Assembly: GCA_041640655.1 (NCBI GenBank)
Contig: JBEPZV010000045.1
Location: 1-18,237 of the forward strand
From: a bacterium
GTDB lineage: Bacteria > Acidobacteriota > Blastocatellia > HR10
Reading direction: 5' to 3'
DNA length: 18,237 nucleotides
In this document: positions 13,450-18,237 of the stretch, piece after piece
How the letters are laid out: the number at the start of each line of letters is the position of its first letter
Position numbering within the stretch: position 1 is the stretch's first letter
Program-made: the position numbers and the translations under genes
The notes under the pieces: model-generated
Seen by the model: the letters and a program-made list of their open reading frames with translations, nothing else
Told to the model about the DNA's origin: nothing
The model's database searches: none

Positions 13450-15366
13450 ATGCGTCGAAGGACGCTTCGTCAGCTCTCGAAGGGGATCTCCGTCGGATTC
13501 CTCGCGATCTTCCCCCTCGGCGCGGGGGATGGATCGCCGCGCGATCGAGATGACTTCGCTCGGCCTGTGCCGGCACAGGAAAGGAGCGATGCCGAGCGCG
13601 CGAAACAGGAGGAGGCACAAGAAGCCATAGAGCGAGAGATGCAACAGATCGTGCAGCTGCTCCGGCACGCGTACGAGGTGGCTAAAGACGTGAGCGATCC
13701 CGTCATTCGCATCCGCAGCTATGTGGCGATCGGCGAGGCCTTGTGGGAGCACGATCGCGCCTTCGCTCGCCAGCTCTTGCGCACGGCTTTCGAAGAGATC
13801 AACCAAGTCCCACCTCCGGAGCGACCGAGGGACGTACAGGCATGGATTGGGAGCACCCGCGATCCGAACGAGCTGCGCCGGGAGATCCTCGCCAAAGTGG
13901 CCAAGCTCGATCCGCCCTTGGCGATGGAGCTGGCCAAGAGCATCGAGACCGAAAAGACCGAAGCGCAGGAGTCCAAGAGGGAGGAGTCCCCGGACGTTCA
14001 TATGCGCCGCGCCCTCGGGACCGAACGCGCGCAGGCGCTCATGAACCTCGCCCAAGCGCTCTTAGAGAAAGATCCGACGTCGGCCATCGAAGCGGCAACC
14101 GCTGCCTTGAGCCAGGGGATCACGCAACCGTTTGTTCACTTCCTCATGCGGCTTCGACAGAAGGATCCCGTGCGGGCCGACCACCTGTTCCTGCAGGCCG
14201 TGCACACGGCCCAGCGGAATGTGCCGGCCCGGCTTTACGAATTGATCCCACTCGGCTCCTATCTGGCTCAGGATTGGGCGCTCCCCATCCGCCTGAACGT
14301 TGGCGAGGCTCCTCGATCGGTCCCTCCGGCTCTGATCGCGCGGTATTTGAGCGTGCTCCTGGAAACGCTCGCCCACTATGTCGAGATCGCGATGAACCCA
14401 GGGCTCGCTCCGGGACTCGCTCAAATGGATTGGTTCACAGCCCCCACGGACCTGCACCGAATCCTCACGAGCATTCGACCGGGCGTACAGGCGCACCTGC
14501 CGGACCGCGCTCCGGTAGTGGAGGGGCTCTTGAATCAGTTGGCGGCTGTACTCCCCCGAGCGCAGGCTGAGATCGAAGCCCCCGAGTCGAAGCGCACGCT
14601 CAGCCCGGAGGAGCGGCTCACCGATCTGCTGCGACAGGCGGAGCGCACGACAGATGCCGAAGAGCGGGATGCGCTTCTCTTTCGCGCTATCCTCCAGGCG
14701 CTCTCCAATGGAGATTTCGAGACGGCCGCGAGTCTCGTCCCCCGCCTGAGTGACGTGAAGCGGCGCGCGGAGGTCTCGGACTATGTCAACTTCCGCTGGG
14801 CTGAGCACGCGCTGAGAGAAGGAGACATCGAGACGGCGCGCCGCCGCGCGCTGGACGTGAACCATCCCGAGAGACTCGCCTACCTGTTCGGCGCCATGGC
14901 TCAGAAGCTCGATGCGCAAAAGGACAAAATGGCAGCGCTCTTCATGCTGAAGGAGGCCGAGGCTCGAATCCGGCGCCTATCGGCCTCTCCGGAGCAAGCC
15001 CGCGCGCTCTTGCTGCTCGCCGAAGCGTTCCTGCCGCTGGATGCTGACTCTGCGTTCGAGGCCTTCGCGCACGCCCTCGGTCCGCTCAATCGCTCGGACG
15101 CTCAGGGGGAGACGCCGGGCGCCAATTTCCAACTCAACTTCAAAACCACGGGCCTCGTCATCAGCGTCTCCGAACGAGACAGCACGCGCTTGCTCGAACG
15201 GGTCGTCACTGCGCTGACGACCACCGATCCCGCGCGCACGCTCACGCTCCTCATGGGATTGGAGAATCCCCCGTTCCGTCTCATCGCCCATCTCGCGCAC
15301 GCGCGCCGCCATCTCGAGATCCTGAAGGAGAAGAAAGCCAAGCTCGCGGAGAAACGATCGGAATGA
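13450..15366 (+). CDS. Secreted alpha-helical repeat (TPR/HEAT-like) hypothetical protein
   Basis: RBS GGAGGAGGAG; basic then hydrophobic N-terminus; repeated helical units ERAQALMNLAQALLEKDPTSAIEAA and EQARALLLLAEAFLPLDADSAFEAF. Confidence 0.8.
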   Translation: MRRRTLRQLSKGISVGFLAIFPLGAGDGSPRDRDDFARPVPAQERSDAERAKQEEAQEAIEREMQQIVQLLRHAYEVAKDVSDPVIRIRSYVAIGEALWEHDRAFARQLLRTAFEEINQVPPPERPRDVQAWIGSTRDPNELRREILAKVAKLDPPLAMELAKSIETEKTEAQESKREESPDVHMRRALGTERAQALMNLAQALLEKDPTSAIEAATAALSQGITQPFVHFLMRLRQKDPVRADHLFLQAVHTAQRNVPARLYELIPLGSYLAQDWALPIRLNVGEAPRSVPPALIARYLSVLLETLAHYVEIAMNPGLAPGLAQMDWFTAPTDLHRILTSIRPGVQAHLPDRAPVVEGLLNQLAAVLPRAQAEIEAPESKRTLSPEERLTDLLRQAERTTDAEERDALLFRAILQALSNGDFETAASLVPRLSDVKRRAEVSDYVNFRWAEHALREGDIETARRRALDVNHPERLAYLFGAMAQKLDAQKDKMAALFMLKEAEARIRRLSASPEQARALLLLAEAFLPLDADSAFEAFAHALGPLNRSDAQGETPGANFQLNFKTTGLVISVSERDSTRLLERVVTALTTTDPARTLTLLMGLENPPFRLIAHLAHARRHLEILKEKKAKLAEKRSE

Positions 15367-15373
15367 ACCGACC

Positions 15374-16198
15374 TCATCCGAAGGCGCGCAGCACGCTCCA
15401 GAGATTGAGGCTCACGACGGTCGCGCCGACAACGCCTTCCAGCACGCGCGCGGGGAGATGGCGGCAGAGATAGGCGCCACACGGTGCCGCGATCAATCCC
15501 CCGGCCCAGAGCGCGATCGGGAGCCCCAATGGAAAGCCGTATGAGCCGAGCGCGCGCAAGAGACCAATCGCGCTCGCGCCGGCTACAAAGAGCTCGACGC
15601 AACTGACCGTCCCGATGATGTAGCGGGGTGAGCCCCCGCGCGTGAGCAGAAGCAGCGTCGTCAGGAACGGCCCATAGGCTCCGCTCATGGCATTGAAGAG
15701 GCCGGCCAAAAACCCGATGCCGGCAAGTGACCATCCCCCTCTCGGACGCTCATCGTCGCATGAGTGGCGCACCTCAGCCTGGGAATCAAACGCGGAGAGA
15801 ATCCCGAGCACCGGCGCTTCTTCCCGCACGCGAAGAAGGAAGCGGGCGAAGAGCAGCCCTCCGAGGGCGAGCAAGAGCACGGAGACCCACCGCCGAACCG
15901 TATCTTCAGGGAGTTGACCGATGAGCGTCGCTCCCAAGAGAGCGCCCGCGACGCCGGGAATCGCGAGCGGGAGCACCCATTCCCGACGCACATTGCCGAA
16001 CCTCCAGTGAGAGAGACCGGCCAGTATGCCGTTTCCCACCTTCACGAGATTCACCGTCGCGACGACCACGACGGGAGGCAGCCCGGTCGCGAGCATGAGA
16101 CTGCTGGCGATCACGCCGAAGCCCATCCCCGTCATCACGTCCACGAATTGCGCCAGAAGCCCCGCCAGAATCACGAGTCCCCACAACCCGATGGACAT
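15374..16198 (-). CDS. TSUP (TauE/SafE) family sulfur-compound transporter
   Basis: Highly hydrophobic; AQFVDVMTGMGFGV, GLSHWRFGNV, PGVAGALLGA, PRYIIGTV; downstream of cysH. Confidence 0.9.
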   Translation of the reverse strand: MSIGLWGLVILAGLLAQFVDVMTGMGFGVIASSLMLATGLPPVVVVATVNLVKVGNGILAGLSHWRFGNVRREWVLPLAIPGVAGALLGATLIGQLPEDTVRRWVSVLLLALGGLLFARFLLRVREEAPVLGILSAFDSQAEVRHSCDDERPRGGWSLAGIGFLAGLFNAMSGAYGPFLTTLLLLTRGGSPRYIIGTVSCVELFVAGASAIGLLRALGSYGFPLGLPIALWAGGLIAAPCGAYLCRHLPARVLEGVVGATVVSLNLWSVLRAFG

Positions 16199-16293
16199 TG
16201 TCCTCCCCCCTCACTTGTGCGCGTGATGCCCGTGAAAGACTCCGCCTGCCCCTCAGCCAAAGAGCCTCCGACGGGACGCGCGCGTTTTCGCCC

Positions 16294-17124
16294 TCACGCG
16301 CTCGAAGCCGCCATATCCTCACGCGAGGAGAGCGTGATCGGAACGCGCGCGGGATCATCCGCGACGTGCAGCCCGCACTCTTGAAGAGCGGGATTCCGCT
16401 CCCACCACCATCGTCCGGCGCGCGGGTCTTCGCCCGGTTGAACGGCTCGCGTGCACGGCGCGCAGCCGATCGAAGGATACCCGCGATCATGCAGCACATT
16501 GTACGGCACATCATGCCGACGAATATACGCCCACACCTGCTCCCACGACCAGTCCGCGAGCGGATTGAGTTTCACACGCCCGCCGTGCGCGGCGTCCCAT
16601 TCGATCTTGGCGACGTGCGCGCGCGTCACGGCTTGCTCCCGCCGCAATCCCGTGATCCAGGCGTCCAATCCCGCGAGCGCTCGCGCCAATGGCCTCACTT
16701 TCCGAACATGGCAGCAGAGCTTGCGCAGCTCGACCGAACGATACATCAGGTTGTATCCATGCGCGCGCACCATCTCCGCGACCTCATCCGGATCCGGCGT
16801 GTAGATCTCCACGGCGATCCCATAGCGCTCGCGAACCCGATCCATGACGTCGTAGGTCTCCGTCGGCAAGCGCCATGTGTCGAGCGTGAAGACGCGCGCC
16901 TGTGGCTGGAGCCGCCAGAGCATGTCGATGAGCACGACGTCCTCCGCTCCGAAACTCGACGCCAGCGCGATGCGCGGATGGAAGCGCTCCAGCGCCCATT
17001 GCAGTAACGCCTCGGCCGGTCTCCCGGCGAACTCCTCATTGAGCCGACGAACATCTTCCGGAGACAACCCGTGAGCCGGGGTCGTCAAAGCCCCTCCCCA
17101 TTGACGGACAGACGTCTCGCTCAT
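16294..17124 (-). CDS. cysH: Adenylyl-sulfate (APS) reductase, thioredoxin-dependent, Fe-S type
   Basis: SSFGAED, FTLDT, KLCCHVRKVRPL, WITGLRREQ, KLNPLADW, GYPSIGCAPCT, RAGRWWW, ECGLH. Confidence 0.96.
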   Translation of the reverse strand: MSETSVRQWGGALTTPAHGLSPEDVRRLNEEFAGRPAEALLQWALERFHPRIALASSFGAEDVVLIDMLWRLQPQARVFTLDTWRLPTETYDVMDRVRERYGIAVEIYTPDPDEVAEMVRAHGYNLMYRSVELRKLCCHVRKVRPLARALAGLDAWITGLRREQAVTRAHVAKIEWDAAHGGRVKLNPLADWSWEQVWAYIRRHDVPYNVLHDRGYPSIGCAPCTRAVQPGEDPRAGRWWWERNPALQECGLHVADDPARVPITLSSREDMAASSA

Positions 17125-17813
17125 GAGCCATCACCTCCTGAGAGAATATTCGGCGCGCCTTCTGGCGAAGGCTCCGCGCACGCCCACTGCTCGATGAGAG
17201 CGCGAGCATGGTCCTCGGCAGCCGTCCTCCCCCCGGCGCGCAAGCGCTCCAACATCTGCGATCCCGCGAGACGGCGGAAGACTTCCGCCCGCCGCTTCGG
17301 ATCAGGAATCCGTTCGCGCACGAGCGGGCGCCATCGGCCGAGCAGTTCCGCCAAGGTGGCGTACTCCGGGCCGATGAACGAAGCAATCCGCCGCTTGAGA
17401 TGAACGGCCAGAGCCGGGCTCTGCCCGCCCGTCGAGATGGCGATCGCGATCCCCCCGCGCCGGAGGACAGCCGGGGCGAGGAACGAACAGCGCGCGGGCG
17501 CATCGGCGATATTGCAGAAGAGCCGATGGCGAGCGGCGGCCTCGGCCACGCGCTGATTCGTCTCGGCCTCATCGGTCGCCCCGATGACCAACCACGCTCC
17601 CTTCAGATCGGACTCCTCGAACTCCCCACGACGAAAGGCGATCCGCCCACAGGCGACCAACTCGGCGAGCGCCGGGGTGAGCGTCCGACTGATCACGCGC
17701 ACGCGAGCACCAGCCTCCAGAAGCTCCCGCACCTTTCGCTCGGCGACGGCTCCCCCGCCGACGACCACCACCTCGCGATCTCGCAGATCGAGGAACACGG
17801 GATAGTACGTCAC
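17121..17813 (-). CDS. sirC: Precorrin-2 dehydrogenase / sirohydrochlorin ferrochelatase (CysG N-terminal, Met8p-like), 230 aa
   Basis: GTG 17813 after GGAGGGGG; YYPVFLDLRDREVVVVGGGAVAERK, CNIADAPARCSF, IAISTGGQSPALA; 4-nt overlaps with both neighbours. Confidence 0.92.
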   Translation of the reverse strand: MTYYPVFLDLRDREVVVVGGGAVAERKVRELLEAGARVRVISRTLTPALAELVACGRIAFRRGEFEESDLKGAWLVIGATDEAETNQRVAEAAARHRLFCNIADAPARCSFLAPAVLRRGGIAIAISTGGQSPALAVHLKRRIASFIGPEYATLAELLGRWRPLVRERIPDPKRRAEVFRRLAGSQMLERLRAGGRTAAEDHARALIEQWACAEPSPEGAPNILSGGDGS

Positions 17814-18237
17814 GTCTCCCCCTCCCCCACGAGCACAGCCCGCGCGGCGAGGGCGCGCTCTTCGAACCAGGCCAATTGCTCTCGCAAGGTCACGACCTCG
17901 CCGATGACGATCAACGCCGGAGGGCGAACGGGCTCCGCCGCCACGTGGGCGCGGATCGTGCCCAGCGTGGCCACGCGCACCCGCTGATGCGCGTGAGTCC
18001 CGCGCTCGATGACGGCGATTGGCGTCTCCGGCGCACGACCCGCCTCCAGCAGGCGCTCGACGATCTGCGGCAGCCGACTCGCCCCCATGAAGACCACGAG
18101 CGTGTCCACAGCATGCGCCAATGCGTCCCACCGCACCGATCGCGGCGAGCCCGCGCATTCATGTCCGGTCACAAACGCCACGCTCGAGGCGAGACCGCGA
18201 TGCGTGAGCGGAATCCCCGCATAAGCGGCCACGGCAT
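17810..18237 (-). CDS. cobA: Uroporphyrinogen-III C-methyltransferase, 3' part (5' end outside the window)
   Basis: AYAGIPLTHRGLASSVAFVTGHE, TLVVFMG, TPIAVIERGT..QR, PPALIVIGEVV. Confidence 0.95.
   Translation of the reverse strand, partial: AVAAYAGIPLTHRGLASSVAFVTGHECAGSPRSVRWDALAHAVDTLVVFMGASRLPQIVERLLEAGRAPETPIAVIERGTHAHQRVRVATLGTIRAHVAAEPVRPPALIVIGEVVTLREQLAWFEERALAARAVLVGEGET

Noticed and set aside
13288..14055. N-terminal extension of the Dph6-like ORF to 480 aa
   Set aside because: Overlaps the 13450 gene antisense; family similarity and RBS begin at 13287.
17814..18158. N-terminal extension of the sirC ORF to 345 aa, or a fused cysG
   Set aside because: Out-of-frame overlap with cobA; the genes are separate with a GTGA overlap and RBS.
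1..18237. CRISPR array, IS element, rRNA or tRNA; long antisense ORFs such as 1540..2946, 4922..6592 and 11089..12474
   Set aside because: No spaced direct repeats, transposase or RNA gene seen by eye; long antisense ORFs are expected opposite genes in high-GC DNA.

Overview
GC-rich bacterial window; the gene content suggests an Acidobacteriota-like diderm (inference only). Left to right: a partial secreted FG-GAP repeat gene and an unannotated 58-aa hydrophobic peptide gene (both minus); divergent sigma70 promoters; a DUF2946/CruR-like upstream ORF (Cys/His motif plus RSPP) before a His-loop ZnuD-like TonB-dependent receptor; a decayed HEPN-MNT toxin-antitoxin remnant; an HNH endonuclease; a secreted alpha/beta hydrolase; a cluster of secreted Cys-containing proteins (6882, 9676, 10708) around a DsbA-family gene whose in-frame UGA sits at the first active-site Cys (U-P-F-C) and is followed by a SECIS-like hairpin, so it is very likely a selenoprotein; a Dph6/MJ0570-like ATP pyrophosphatase; a secreted helical-repeat protein; and the end of a sirohaem/sulfate assimilation operon (cobA, sirC, cysH, TSUP transporter). 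The best candidate for a new system is the Sec-DsbA plus flanking secreted proteins. Two of these appear to share an unrecognised domain and carry divergent Cys-rich C-terminal peptides, one of which resembles the free-standing 58-aa peptide. All alignments and folds were done by eye.
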